Shown one piece after another: positions 38,101-48,181 of a stretch of 64,000 nt of DNA. How positions within the stretch are numbered: position 1 is the stretch's first letter; every line of letters starts with the position of its first letter. This DNA is from an uncultured Gemmatimonadales bacterium (GTDB taxonomy: Bacteria; Gemmatimonadota; Gemmatimonadetes; Gemmatimonadales; GWC2-71-9), in assembly GCA_963722825.1 (NCBI GenBank), contig CAVROI010000002.1, forward strand, positions 634,463 through 698,462. Reading direction: 5' to 3'. The position numbers and the translations under genes were made by a program. The notes below the pieces were generated by a model that saw only the letters and a list, made by a program, of their open reading frames with translations, was not told the DNA's origin and did no database searches.

Positions 38101-40635
38101 ATGGCTACCAAGAAGCCCGATCCTCTCGCCGCATACCGAGCCAAGCGTGAGCTGGCTCGCACCCCCGAGCCGGCCGGCGCGGTCGCGAAGAAACCCGCCG
38201 CGCCGGCTGGCGGCCTCTTCGTCGTTCACAAGCACGCCGCGAGGCGCCTGCATTACGACCTCCGCCTCGAGATGGGCGGCGTCCTGCAATCCTGGGCCGT
38301 GCCCAAGGGACCGTCGTACGACACCGCGGACAAGCGGCTCGCCGTCCACGTTGAGGATCACCCGCTCGAGTACGGTGATTTCGAGGGACTCATTCCCGAG
38401 GGGAATTACGGCGCGGGGGCTGTGATCGTCTGGGATCGCGGCCAGTGGGTCCCCGTGGGCGATCACGCCGATGGACTGGAGAAGGGAAAGCTGCTCTTCG
38501 AGCTGCGGGGGCGAAAGCTCCACGGCGTATGGACGCTCGTGAAGATCAAGAAGAGCGACCGCGACTGGCTGCTGATCAAGGAGCGGGACGCATACGCCGG
38601 CGCCGATGTTCCCGAGCCGCCGGAGGAGTCGGTACTCTCCGGACTCACCGTCGAGGAGCTGAAGGCCGGCCAGAGCCCGGCCGACGCCGTGCGGAAGGAG
38701 TTGACCAGGCTCGGGGCGCCGCGGAAGCCCCCGCGCCCCGAGACAGTGAAGCTCATGCTGGCCGAGACGCGCGACGAGCCGTTCTCCGCGGAGGGGTGGC
38801 TCTTCGAGCTCAAGCTCGACGGGTATCGCCTGCTCGCGGTGCGCGAAGGCCACGATGCCCGGCTCATCTCGCGCAACGGGAACGACCTCTCGTCCCAGTT
38901 TCCCGAGGTGATTCGCTCCCTCGCCGCGTTGCCGTTCGACCGGCTGCTCCTCGACGGCGAGGTGCTCGCGCTCGACGCCGCCGGGCGGCCCAGCTTCCAG
39001 CGGCTTCAGCAGCGGGCCCGTCTGAGCAGGGCGCTCGATATCCGCCGAGCGACGGTGGAGAACCCCGTTACGTTTTTCTCGTTCGATCTTCTGGCGTTCG
39101 AGGACTTCGATCTGCGCCCGCTGCCGCTCAAGCAACGGAAACCGATTCTCGAACGGCTGCTTCCGCCCGCGGGCGCCATCCGGTATCTCGAGCACTTCAA
39201 GCGCGACGGCATGGCGCTCTACGAGCAGGTGCGGCGCCTCGGCCTCGAGGGCATCGTCGCCAAACGGGCCGACGCGCCCTACCGCGCGGGTCGAGGGCCG
39301 GCCTGGCTCAAGATCCGCACCCGCCGCACGGACGATTTCGTCATCGTCGGGTACACCAGGCCCAAGGGGTCTCGCGGCGGATTCGGCGCGCTCTATCTGG
39401 CACAATACGTGGGCAAGGAGCTCGTCTTTTCCGGCAGCGCCGGTACCGGATTCAGCGACAAGCAGCTCGCCGACCTGCGCTCGCGCCTCGAAAGCATGCG
39501 GCGGGACGACCCGCCGTGTATCGGTCCGATTCCGAAGGAGAAGGGCGCCATCTGGGTCGAGCCACGACTCGTGTGCGAAGTGGAGTTCACCGAGCGAACC
39601 GACGATGGGTTGCTCCGCCAGCCGGTCTTCCTGCGTGAGCGGGACGACAAGGAGCCCGAGGAGTGCATCCGTCAGGAAGACGAGTCGCCCCGTGACACCG
39701 ACGCGGTCGATCCTGCCGGCGAGTCACTGGAACCACCGGAGCCGGAGCCGATCGTTCAGCGCTTCTCGAACCTCGACAAGGTCTTCTGGCCAGAGGAGGG
39801 ATACACCAAGGGCGACCTGATCGAGTACCATCGTTCGATCGCCCGGTGGATCCTGCCGTACCTGAAGGACCGGCCGGTGGTGCTTACCCGGTACCCCGAC
39901 GGCATCGAAGGGAAGTCGTTCTTCCAGAAGGACGCTCCGCCCTTCATTCCCGACTGGGTCCGGACCGAACGGAAATGGAGCGAACAGGCGCAGCGTGAGA
40001 TCGATTACTTCATATGCGACGACGAAGCCACCCTACTCTACATCATCAATCTCGGCACGGTCCCGCTGCACATGTGGGCGAGCCGCGTCGCGAGCATCGA
40101 CCGGCCGGATTGGTGCGTCCTCGATCTTGATCCCAAGGAGGCCTCATTTTCCGACGTCGTGCGGGTGGCAGAGGCCACGTACGCGCTGTGCCGGAGCCTC
40201 GGCCTCCCCAGCTTCATCAAGACCAGCGGCTCCTCGGGTCTCCACGTGCTCGTGCCGCTCGGGCGCCAGTGCGCGTACGACGAGGCCCGCGCCCTGGGTG
40301 AGCTGCTCGCCAGAGTAGTCGTCGCGGAGTTGCCGGACATCTCGACCATCACCCGGCAGGTCTCCCGCCGTGGCGGAAAGGTCTACGTCGACTACGTTCA
40401 GAACGGAGCCGGCCGCCTTCTCGCGTCACCCTTCTGCGTCCGGCCGCTGCCCGGCGCGCCGGTTTCCACGCCGCTCAAGTGGAGCGAAGTCAACGACTCG
40501 CTCGATGTCACCAGGTTCACCATCCGGACGGTCCCTCAGCGCATGCGGAAGTTGAAGGCCGATCCGCTGGTCGAGGTCCTCCGGCTCGCTCCGGATCTCG
40601 ACGAGGCCCTCGATCTGATCAGGGGGCGACTCTGA
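38101..40635 (+). CDS. ligD: multidomain DNA ligase D (PE - ligase - polymerase/primase order)
   Basis: PE domain (HKHAARRLHYDLRLE...VEDHPLEY), ligase KxDG (FELKLDGYRLLA) and a primase-polymerase domain (SGSSGLHVLVPL). The start is the ATG at 38101; the track ORF start (37801) reads through the heptad repeat and the ku 5' end. Confidence 0.92.
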   Translation: MATKKPDPLAAYRAKRELARTPEPAGAVAKKPAAPAGGLFVVHKHAARRLHYDLRLEMGGVLQSWAVPKGPSYDTADKRLAVHVEDHPLEYGDFEGLIPEGNYGAGAVIVWDRGQWVPVGDHADGLEKGKLLFELRGRKLHGVWTLVKIKKSDRDWLLIKERDAYAGADVPEPPEESVLSGLTVEELKAGQSPADAVRKELTRLGAPRKPPRPETVKLMLAETRDEPFSAEGWLFELKLDGYRLLAVREGHDARLISRNGNDLSSQFPEVIRSLAALPFDRLLLDGEVLALDAAGRPSFQRLQQRARLSRALDIRRATVENPVTFFSFDLLAFEDFDLRPLPLKQRKPILERLLPPAGAIRYLEHFKRDGMALYEQVRRLGLEGIVAKRADAPYRAGRGPAWLKIRTRRTDDFVIVGYTRPKGSRGGFGALYLAQYVGKELVFSGSAGTGFSDKQLADLRSRLESMRRDDPPCIGPIPKEKGAIWVEPRLVCEVEFTERTDDGLLRQPVFLRERDDKEPEECIRQEDESPRDTDAVDPAGESLEPPEPEPIVQRFSNLDKVFWPEEGYTKGDLIEYHRSIARWILPYLKDRPVVLTRYPDGIEGKSFFQKDAPPFIPDWVRTERKWSEQAQREIDYFICDDEATLLYIINLGTVPLHMWASRVASIDRPDWCVLDLDPKEASFSDVVRVAEATYALCRSLGLPSFIKTSGSSGLHVLVPLGRQCAYDEARALGELLARVVVAELPDISTITRQVSRRGGKVYVDYVQNGAGRLLASPFCVRPLPGAPVSTPLKWSEVNDSLDVTRFTIRTVPQRMRKLKADPLVEVLRLAPDLDEALDLIRGRL

Positions 40636-40657
40636 TGTATTGGTGCAAACGAAAGAA

Positions 40658-43600
40658 TTACCGGCCTGTAACCTTCGGGTCCTGGTCGAACCGGGTCCTC
40701 ACGTATTCTCGCGCGCTCTCAGCCGGAAGCTTCACAGTGCCCGGACCACTCCTCACGAAGAAGTCGCCGTCCGGCACAGATTCCATGCCCTTCCACTTGA
40801 GGAAAACCGGCTCCGGGCTCCGCTGACAGCTGACGACGCATACGGTCTTCCCCTGGACGATCTGCGTCTTGGGATCGATGCACGTTCCGGCCCGATCACC
40901 GAGTCCATTGCGCACCACCTGGGCCAAGTGGCGCATGAACTTGTCGTCGCTCTCCAGCCGGTCCTGCTCGATGCCGACGATCGAACCGTCGTCGCCCACC
41001 CCGATCAGCAGGTCGCCGCCCTCGGTGTTGAGGAACGCGGCTACGGTCTTGAGCGCTGCGTGTGTCACCAGCTTATCGTCCTGGCGATCCTCCTTGAGAC
41101 TCCATCGTAGGGTGGACTTGAACTCGAGCGTCTTCGACTCGCCCCGCTTGATCAACTCCTCCGCGTTGCGGTGGGCGCGGAAGTATTGGTCGAACAGAAA
41201 GGTCTTCACCGCCTCACCGAAGGCCCGGTCATCGGTGATGCGTTTGTACAGCTCGAAGTTCGAGTCCACGATCTCCTGGATCACGTGCTCCACCTTCTGG
41301 TCGAAGGTGAGCCGGACGTTCTCCCGGGTATTGACACGTGCCGCGGCATCCAGGCCCGCATCGTCGTCGAGTTTCTCCATTATCTGGCCCAGCGTGACCC
41401 GGTGCTCGGGCCCGAGGTTGACTCCGAAGCGCTCGTTGAGTTCGGCGATGATCCGGGACAGCGACTCGAGCTCTTCCGGACCGGTCTGATAGCCGCTCCC
41501 GGCGCTGACCGGGTTGAGCGTACCGGGCCGGCGCTCGAGCGGGATCTTCCCGCTGCTCGTCTGCTGGAGACGATACGACTCCATGTCGATGTTCTGTTGT
41601 ACCTCGCGCGGCAGCTCGACGCGGTCTCTGGGAGGAGCCGCCGAAGATAGCGGGCGAACACGTAGAGCTTTTCCAGGTCAATGTCGGAAAAGGTCAGCAC
41701 CTGCGCCAAGAACGTATAGAGCCGGATGTACTCCATGAGTTGGCTGCGGAACTCCTGCCGCTCGTCCCGCGCCAGGCCCTGAAACCGGTCGACCAGCGGC
41801 CCGAGCACGGCGTAGAGCCGGTCCTGGGTGGCCTTGGCGTCGAAGTACACCTTCGCGAAGGCATCTACGTCGGCTTCGGTGTAGACCGGGAACGCGGCCA
41901 GACGGGTCTGAATCTCGTACAACAGGTTGGGGTCGGTGGCCTCGGACAGCAACGTGGTCTCGTAGTACGGCTCGAAGGCAGCCCGGATCTCGTCGGCGCC
42001 GTTGGCGAAGTCCAGCACGGTGGTGCCGGTCTTCCCGGGTGCGTCCGGTTGAGCCGCGAGAGCGTCTGCACGGCGTTGACCCCCCGAGCTTCTTGTCCAC
42101 GTACATGGTGTGCAGCAGCGGCTGATCGAACCCGGTCTGGAACTTGTTTGCCACCACCAGAAACCGGTGTTCCGGCTGGTCGAAGGTCCTGCGCGCGTCT
42201 GCGTCTCTGGGCAGCGCCGTTCATTCCCGCCTCGGTGTAGGACTTGCCCGCGGTCCTGCACCGTGCCCGAGAACGCCACCAGCGCCTTGAAGGGGATATC
42301 CGCGCTCGGCAAGATACGTGGTCCAGGGCACGCCGGTAGCGCACAGCGTGCAGGCGCGAGCGGGTCACAATCATCGCTTTCGCCTTGCCGCCTATCTCGC
42401 GCTTGGATCTGCGCCGCGAAGTGCTCGACCATGAGCTTCACCTTCTCCCCGATCGCGTGCGGGTGCAGCTCCACGAAAGACTTGAGCAGGTATTCCGCCT
42501 TCTTCCGGTCGTAGTGCGGGTCGTTCTCGATCTTCTTGAGTAGCCGCCAGTAGGCGGTGTACGTGGTGTAGCTTGCGAGGACGTCCAGGATGAATCCCTC
42601 CTCGATCGCCTGCCGCATGCTGTAGAGATGGAACGGGATCAAACCTCCCGTCAGGGCGTTTCGTGCCGAACAGCTCCAGCGTCTTCTGCTTCGGCGTCGC
42701 GGTGAACGCGAAGGTGGACAGGTTGGGCAAGCGCCCGCGCTGCTCCATCTTCGGCCACGATGCGTGTCTCTCCAGCTCCTCCTCCGGACTCTCGGCCTCG
42801 CCTCCTCGCTCTCCGCCTCTTCTAGGTCTTCGGAAGCGAGCACGGCCTTGAGGCTCTTGGTGCTCTCGCCAGACTGGCGACGAATGGGCCTCGTCCACGA
42901 TGAGCGCGAAGCGCTTCCCCGGCAGCTCCCCGATCTCCTCGGCGATCACGGGGAACTTCTGGAGGGTGGTGACGATGATGGTTTTGCCCGACTCCAGCGC
43001 CTCCTTGAGCTGGCGGCTCGTCGTGTCGATGTTCTCCACCACGCCGAGGGTCTGCTCGAACTGCCGCATCGTGATCTGGAGCTGGCGGTCGAGCACCCGG
43101 CGGTCGGTCACAATGATGATCGAGTCGAATACCCGCTCGTCGGCGGCATTGTGGAGCGTGGAGAGCTGGTGGGCCAGCCAGGCGATAGTGAAGCTCTTCC
43201 GCTTCCCGCCGAGTGCTGAATCAGGTATCGGTGCCCGGTCCCGTTAGTCCGGGCGTCGGCCACCAGGCGGCGGACCGCATCGAGCTGCTGGTAGCGTGGG
43301 AAGACGAGGAACGCTTGCGGTCTTCGGCCCTTGTCGTCCTCTCGTCTATCTCGTGGATGAACTGGCGAACGAGATCGAGCACGCTGTCCCGTGCCCACGT
43401 TTCCTCCCACAGATACGCCGTGGCGAAAGCCCGCCTGCGTGGGATGATACGGGCGGGTTCCGGCACCGCCGAACTTGCCCTGGTTGAACGGAAGGAATCG
43501 GGTCTTGAGTCCCTCGAGCCGGGTGGTGACGTACACGAGGTCCGGGTCCACGGCGAAGTGCGCCAGGCAGCGGCCTTTGGCGAGGAGCGGCTCTCGCGGA

Positions 43601-44198
43601 TCGCGATCGGTCTTGTACTGCCGGATCGCGTCCTCGACCGTCCTGACCATTGAGGGGGTTCTTGAGCTCGGCGGTGAAGATTGGGATGCCGTTCAGGAAT
43701 AGGACCAGGTCGAGGCAGCTTCTCATTCTTGGTGCTGTACCGCACCTGCCTGACCACCGAGAACAGGTTCGCGGCATAGAGCCGGCGGGTCTCTTCATTG
43801 AGTCCGCTTGCGGGACGGAAGTAGGCCAGCCGGATCTTCACCCCGGAGTCCTTGAGCCCATTCCGCAGCACCTCGAGCGCGCCGCGCCGCTCGATCTCGG
43901 ACGCCATACGCTCGAGGAATCGGTCTTTGCACCCGCCGCCGTGGTGCTGGGCCAGCCTCTGCCACTCCTTTGGTTGTGTGGCCAGGACAAAGTCCACCAC
44001 GTCGCGCGGCAGGAGACAGAGCGTGCGGTCGTAGTCCTCCGGGCGCCGCTTGCCGTAACCGCCGGGGGGAGTCTCGCCGTAGGGCGGTGGTGTCTCGCGA
44101 ATGACCGCTGTCTCGCGAGCGCAGGCATCGGGGCCGTGCCGCAGCAGGCCGCACTCGATCGCGTCCTCGAAGGAGCGTTCGGAGATCTCGGGACTCAT
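40658..44198 (-). pseudogene. hsdR: type I restriction endonuclease subunit HsdR with a C-terminal AlbA_2/Schlafen-like domain; multiply frameshifted
   Basis: HsdR-like peptides are scattered over all three minus-strand frames in at least 9 track ORFs. Examples: FEDAIECGLL; LDLVLFLNGIPIFTAELKNPLNGQ; TVEDAIRQYKTDRD; FATAYLWEETW; YLIQHSAGSG (frame lost inside the Walker A); VDEAHSS (frame lost just after); NLSTFAFTATPK; ANKFQTGFDQPLLHTMYVDKKL; VNAVQTLSRLNRTHPG. I traced about 17-18 frame switches by hand. The C-terminal ORF (40658-41584) ends with GESKTLEFKSTLRW... (AlbA_2-like). Confidence 0.85.
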
Positions 44199-45239
44199 GC
44201 CGGATCACCCGGATCCGCAATCGGCGATCTCCCCCGGCCCCTTACGTCCCTACGTTGCCGGTCGATGGCACCTTTGAACGAGTTGTGGTCGGTGATCGAG
44301 CGCGAGCGACATTCTATCATGGCGACTCGCACGTTCTCCCCTCCGTGCTCGTCACCTTCAACCCAACCTTCGTGGGCCTTGTATGCATCGGCCTGTTTGG
44401 CCAACAAGACTCGGAAAGCGCTCGAGCCGCGGGGGCCCGGGATCCAAGCCGCTTACACGCAACCACAGTGTAGAATTGGGCCAGTCCCTCGATGATCTCG
44501 AGGTCGGTCCCCGCGAAGGCTTCCGTATCCCATTTTTCGTTGTCGATATCGCGGCCAAGGTGGGTATAGGCGTGTGCCAGCTCATGGGCCAACACGACGA
44601 TGGTCAGTGCTTCAACCTGCAAGCTGAGCGCCGCCATGATGCCGATCACCATCCGATAGAGCCGGATCTCCGGGACTCGAAAATAGTAAGCTCCCAGGAC
44701 GTCCTCTCTTATGCCGGCGAGGCGCCCGACTGCCTTCGTTTCGTCGAGTTCCTTCAGGAGGCCATATGCCATCCGGTACACGCTGTCGATCTCGCTCAAA
44801 TCGGCAAGATGCCCGGACGTTGTCCATGGTCCAGGAGGTGTGGGCAAGCGTTCCTTGAAGAAGGCTGTACCGTGAAGGATGGCTTCGATAGCAGGTCGGT
44901 GGAGCAGAAGCCATTCGAGACCGGAGAGCTGCTGGAGCAGGTCGCCAAACGCTCGGGGCATGCCACCGACTACATGGACCGGCACTGCTTGCGTCTCATT
45001 GCCGACGGTCAGGCGCAGCGCGGTCTCGGTGCGGATGAGGTCCCTAAGCGCCCCGTTCCACTGTCGGTAGGTTCTCTCCACGGTTGCCCGTACCCCTGGC
45101 GATTCCTGCTCCAGAAGCGCTGCCCGCGCCGCTCCAGATCAGGTGACCGTCCCGAGCGGGCACTGTGCGGCCCGTCCCCTGAGGGCTGGGCGTAGTGCCG
45201 CGTCGCATCTCCCCACGGCACATCAGAGATGGGGGTCAT
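44195..45239 (-). pseudogene. HExxH zinc-metallopeptidase-like protein (ImmA/IrrE-like?), apparently frameshifted twice
   Basis: Central ORF 44317-45081 contains VVLAHELAHAYTHLG. The ATG at 45239 overlaps the hsdS stop (ATGA) but is in another frame. The 3' continuation (...LLAKQADAYKAHEGWVEG..., ORF 44195-44407) is in the third frame, and its TGA overlaps the hsdR ATG (ATGA at 44195-44198). Confidence 0.55.
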
Positions 45240-46606
45240 GCCGCCGGCTCTTGTGTGGTGGCGCATTCTCGTACGTCGATTTTGCCAGTCACGGCGGCGG
45301 AGATGAGGGTCTTCCGCAGCTCTCTTAGGGATTCAATGGCAACACGGACCTTGGCCACAAGGGCATGGTGTTTCATCCCCTCTCGGTCGAGAGCATTCAC
45401 GATGACTTGCTGCTCCTTGACCGACGGAAACGCCACCTTCCTACTCGCAGTGGTCGTCAAATTCATTCTTGCTCTCGTCGCTCCGGACGCAAGCGATCCC
45501 GCAGCCGCCGAAGCAGTAGCAGACAGTTGGAATGCGAGGAAGCGTGGTAGGACCTTTCTCCGCTCGAGCCGGAACCGGAAGCAATCCGCCTTCACCATCG
45601 CTGGTTCGATCCCCCCGGGAGCAACACAGGCTCGACCGACCGGGTTCCGCTCGTCGCCAAGCCCAGCGATGAGAAGATCTCCGGCTTGGACTCTGTGGTC
45701 GCCGAGTTGACGAGCGTACGCCTCGTCGAGGTAGACTTGGTCTTCGTCCAGGAATTCGGTCCAGCCGATGTTCTGGAGACGTATGACCCGAACGCCAGAT
45801 GCGGAATAGTGCTCTGACTTCAGCCCGCTCCCGAAAGGCCCGTCGCACCTCGACAGTGTCACGCGGGCCAGTGAGAGGTTTTCCCAGTGTTCCGGAATCT
45901 CCCCTAGCCACTCGACGCCCGACTCCTTCATCGTGACATCTGTGTCGAGGCCCTTGGTTACAGTCCGGGTGATGAGCGCCGAGCGTTTTTCGTGCAGGAG
46001 CTCGATCAGCCGCTCCTTCTTCGCGATCAACGCATCGACTCGTGCCGTCTCAGTGTTCAGGAAGGCAGCGATAGAGCACTGCTCGTGGTCGGGAGGCAGC
46101 GCCAATTCGTATGTCGCCATTTCGCTGTCAGTGATGGCGGGGAAACTCACGCCCTTCGAGTTCGCCACCACCCGCTCCACGAAGTACGGTGCTCGCAGCG
46201 CATACGCCGCATAGTCGGTCTTGAACTCTTCGCCTGGACGCACGACCGCGAAACCGGTAGAGACGACTGTATGGGGTTCCGGCTCTCTAATCTGGGCAAT
46301 CGCGCGGAGGTACGTGCGGACGGTAGACACGATCACGTCGCCGTCTCGAACAAGCCGTCGGGCACGCGATGGCGCCGAACCAAAAGTGAGCGGCTCCCGT
46401 TCGATGACGCGACCAAGGCCATCGACTCCCCCGATGTCCACGTAAGACATCTCAAAGGTTGGATCCGTGTCTTCAGGCAGGGTTTCCACGTTGAGCGTTA
46501 CCAAGTCCTTCAGTCGCTTCACGCTCCAATGTGCTGGAATCTCCCCGAGCCACTCGACACCGGAGTCCTTGTAGGCTGGATACGGCTTGTATCGTCGTGC
46601 GCTCAT
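45236..46606 (-). CDS. hsdS: type I restriction-modification specificity subunit HsdS (two target-recognition domains)
   Basis: Duplicated pattern SGVEWLGEIPAHW / SGVEWLGEIPEHW, each followed by a variable TRD and conserved coiled-coil spacers (ARVDALIAKKERLIELLHEKRSALI; ...LRELRKTLISAAVTGKIDV). The ATG at 46606 overlaps the abiEii stop (ATGA). Confidence 0.9.
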   Translation of the reverse strand: MSARRYKPYPAYKDSGVEWLGEIPAHWSVKRLKDLVTLNVETLPEDTDPTFEMSYVDIGGVDGLGRVIEREPLTFGSAPSRARRLVRDGDVIVSTVRTYLRAIAQIREPEPHTVVSTGFAVVRPGEEFKTDYAAYALRAPYFVERVVANSKGVSFPAITDSEMATYELALPPDHEQCSIAAFLNTETARVDALIAKKERLIELLHEKRSALITRTVTKGLDTDVTMKESGVEWLGEIPEHWENLSLARVTLSRCDGPFGSGLKSEHYSASGVRVIRLQNIGWTEFLDEDQVYLDEAYARQLGDHRVQAGDLLIAGLGDERNPVGRACVAPGGIEPAMVKADCFRFRLERRKVLPRFLAFQLSATASAAAGSLASGATRARMNLTTTASRKVAFPSVKEQQVIVNALDREGMKHHALVAKVRVAIESLRELRKTLISAAVTGKIDVRECATTQEPAA

Positions 46607-47490
46607 CGCCACGGTCCTCCGGGTTCCCAACCGTTTTCGAAGGGCGCCACCGCCATGATGCTCTCCCGCACAGGGCCGAGAAACCGGATGATCTGCTCGC
46701 CAATGACCTCGAACCTGACAGGGGGTGAAACGAGCACGGCACCTGCGGTGAGATAAGCCCGCCATCGCGCCTCGATCTCTGGGATCAGGTAGAAGGCGGG
46801 GGTCAGGGGGCGTGGCCTCTCCGCGGCCCATGGGGTCCGCCGCCGGTCGAAACAGGCGCCGACGGCACGTTGGAGCGCCGCGCCTCCAAACGAAAACGCG
46901 GTCGAAAGCGCCCAGACGTCATGAAAGTCCTTCATCCGGCTGTTCCGAGTGTCCAGCGAGATTATCGCCTCGAATTTCTCCGCCACGCTCGCCTCTCGCG
47001 GGTAGGCGCAAAGACGCGGCGCGGGCAGACCGCTCAGCATGAGCGGGTATTCGATCTCTTCGGGTCCGGTCACCAGCGCGTCGCCGAATCCGAAGTCCAT
47101 CTGAACTCGGATGCGCGCAGCGCCGAGGAAGGCCAGAAAGCGAGCGCGCTTACCCGGATACTGCTCCGGCCCCCGAGTGTCCTCGATAGTCAGGCCGGTG
47201 AGGTCGAACCGCAGGCCGTCCTCAGGACACGGAACCGCGCAAATCTCCCCCACCAGCGCGCGGATCGCTGCATCGTCCGTCGAGCCGAAGGTCAGGACAT
47301 CCACGTCCCGCGTGGCACGGTAGGGATCGGGCATCCATGCGGTCAGCAGGCTGGCCCCTTTGAGAACGCACCGTTCGCGCGCCGCCGAGGCGCCGAGCCG
47401 GTAGAGCAGCCGCTCGTCGGCATAGCGGACCAGTGTCCGCTCGAATTCTTCCCCCCGTTTCTTGGCCTGGGTGAGAAGGCGCGCCTGCAC
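46603..47490 (-). CDS. abiEii: nucleotidyltransferase AbiEii/AbiGii-family toxin (type IV TA)
   Basis: ...FERTLVRYADERLLYRLG...CVLKGASLLTAWMPDPYRATRDVDVL...SRMKDFHDVWAL. The start is uncertain: GTG at 47490, or a non-canonical codon near 47520. The 525-aa track ORF is an out-of-frame read-through of abiEi. Confidence 0.8.
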   Translation of the reverse strand: MQARLLTQAKKRGEEFERTLVRYADERLLYRLGASAARERCVLKGASLLTAWMPDPYRATRDVDVLTFGSTDDAAIRALVGEICAVPCPEDGLRFDLTGLTIEDTRGPEQYPGKRARFLAFLGAARIRVQMDFGFGDALVTGPEEIEYPLMLSGLPAPRLCAYPREASVAEKFEAIISLDTRNSRMKDFHDVWALSTAFSFGGAALQRAVGACFDRRRTPWAAERPRPLTPAFYLIPEIEARWRAYLTAGAVLVSPPVRFEVIGEQIIRFLGPVRESIMAVAPFENGWEPGGPWR

Positions 47491-47510
47491 TGACGCTGCG
47501 ACGTCGGGGC

Positions 47511-48142
47511 TCAGATCAACCTCGCGTCGAGGGCAGCGCGCAGGCGACGGGAGGGGAGGACCTCCTCCACGCGCGCGAGCTCGGCCACGGTGACCTTCCG
47601 CTGCCGCAGCGCGTCCGTCAGCGCCTCCATCGCGGTTTCTGCTCCCACGAGACGCTCGAATCGGAAACAGTCGGCGACGGTTCGCGCCGGGCTCGTGATC
47701 CTGCCAGGCACTCCTTCGAATTCGACGTCCCTGACACCGAATATCCTGGCCGGCCCGCTGAAGCGCACGATGCGCAGCCTCAGCTGGGGCACGCGCGGGA
47801 CACGCGCCTTGTGCGGAATGGCGAGCCAGGTTTCCGCGGGCGCCTGGGTGCCGATGCCGTGAACGCGGAGAGCGGAAAGCAGGCAGACGACGCTGGTGGG
47901 AACGCGGGCGCACGCCAGTGCCAGGGAGTAATCTTCTGTCGGTTCGGCATCCACCAATCGGTAGAGTCCTCGGCCGGCGTGCTCGACCATCCCGGAGCGG
48001 ACAAGGGCTGGGAGCTGGTCCCGCGTCAGCCCAGCCGCTTCGAGCTGGCTCGGCCGAAAAAAGCTCCCAGCTTGGCCGCCCGAAGCTGTTTGAGAGGCGT
48101 CGGTACCTTCTGGCGCGATTTGTCGGCATTGGTCGCTGGCAT
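47511..48142 (-). CDS. abiEi: AbiEi-family antitoxin; 5' wHTH region separated from the body by a 1-nt frame offset at an A6/T6 run
   Basis: ORF 47511-47990 (MVEHAGRGLYRLVD...). The same frame stays open upstream, reading ...RPSQLEAAGLTRDQLPALVRSG. ORF 48026-48214 contains MPATNADKSRQKVPTPLKQLRAAKLGAF from the ATG at 48142. The two frames meet at the homopolymer at 48057-48062. Confidence 0.7.
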
Positions 48143-48181
48143 GCCTGCAACTTGGGTCGCCGGAACCTTGGTGTCAACACG

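Noticed and set aside
40658-44198. Programmed ribosomal frameshifting as the explanation for the hsdR frame changes
   Set aside because: Roughly 17 switches in both directions, with no shared slippery heptamer or downstream structure, are not compatible with known bacterial programmed frameshifting. Decay or assembly error is far more likely.
46603-48180. 525-aa ORF presented as one protein
   Set aside because: Only the C-terminal ~295 aa is AbiEii-like. The N-terminal ~230 aa is an R/P/A-rich out-of-frame read-through of abiEi.
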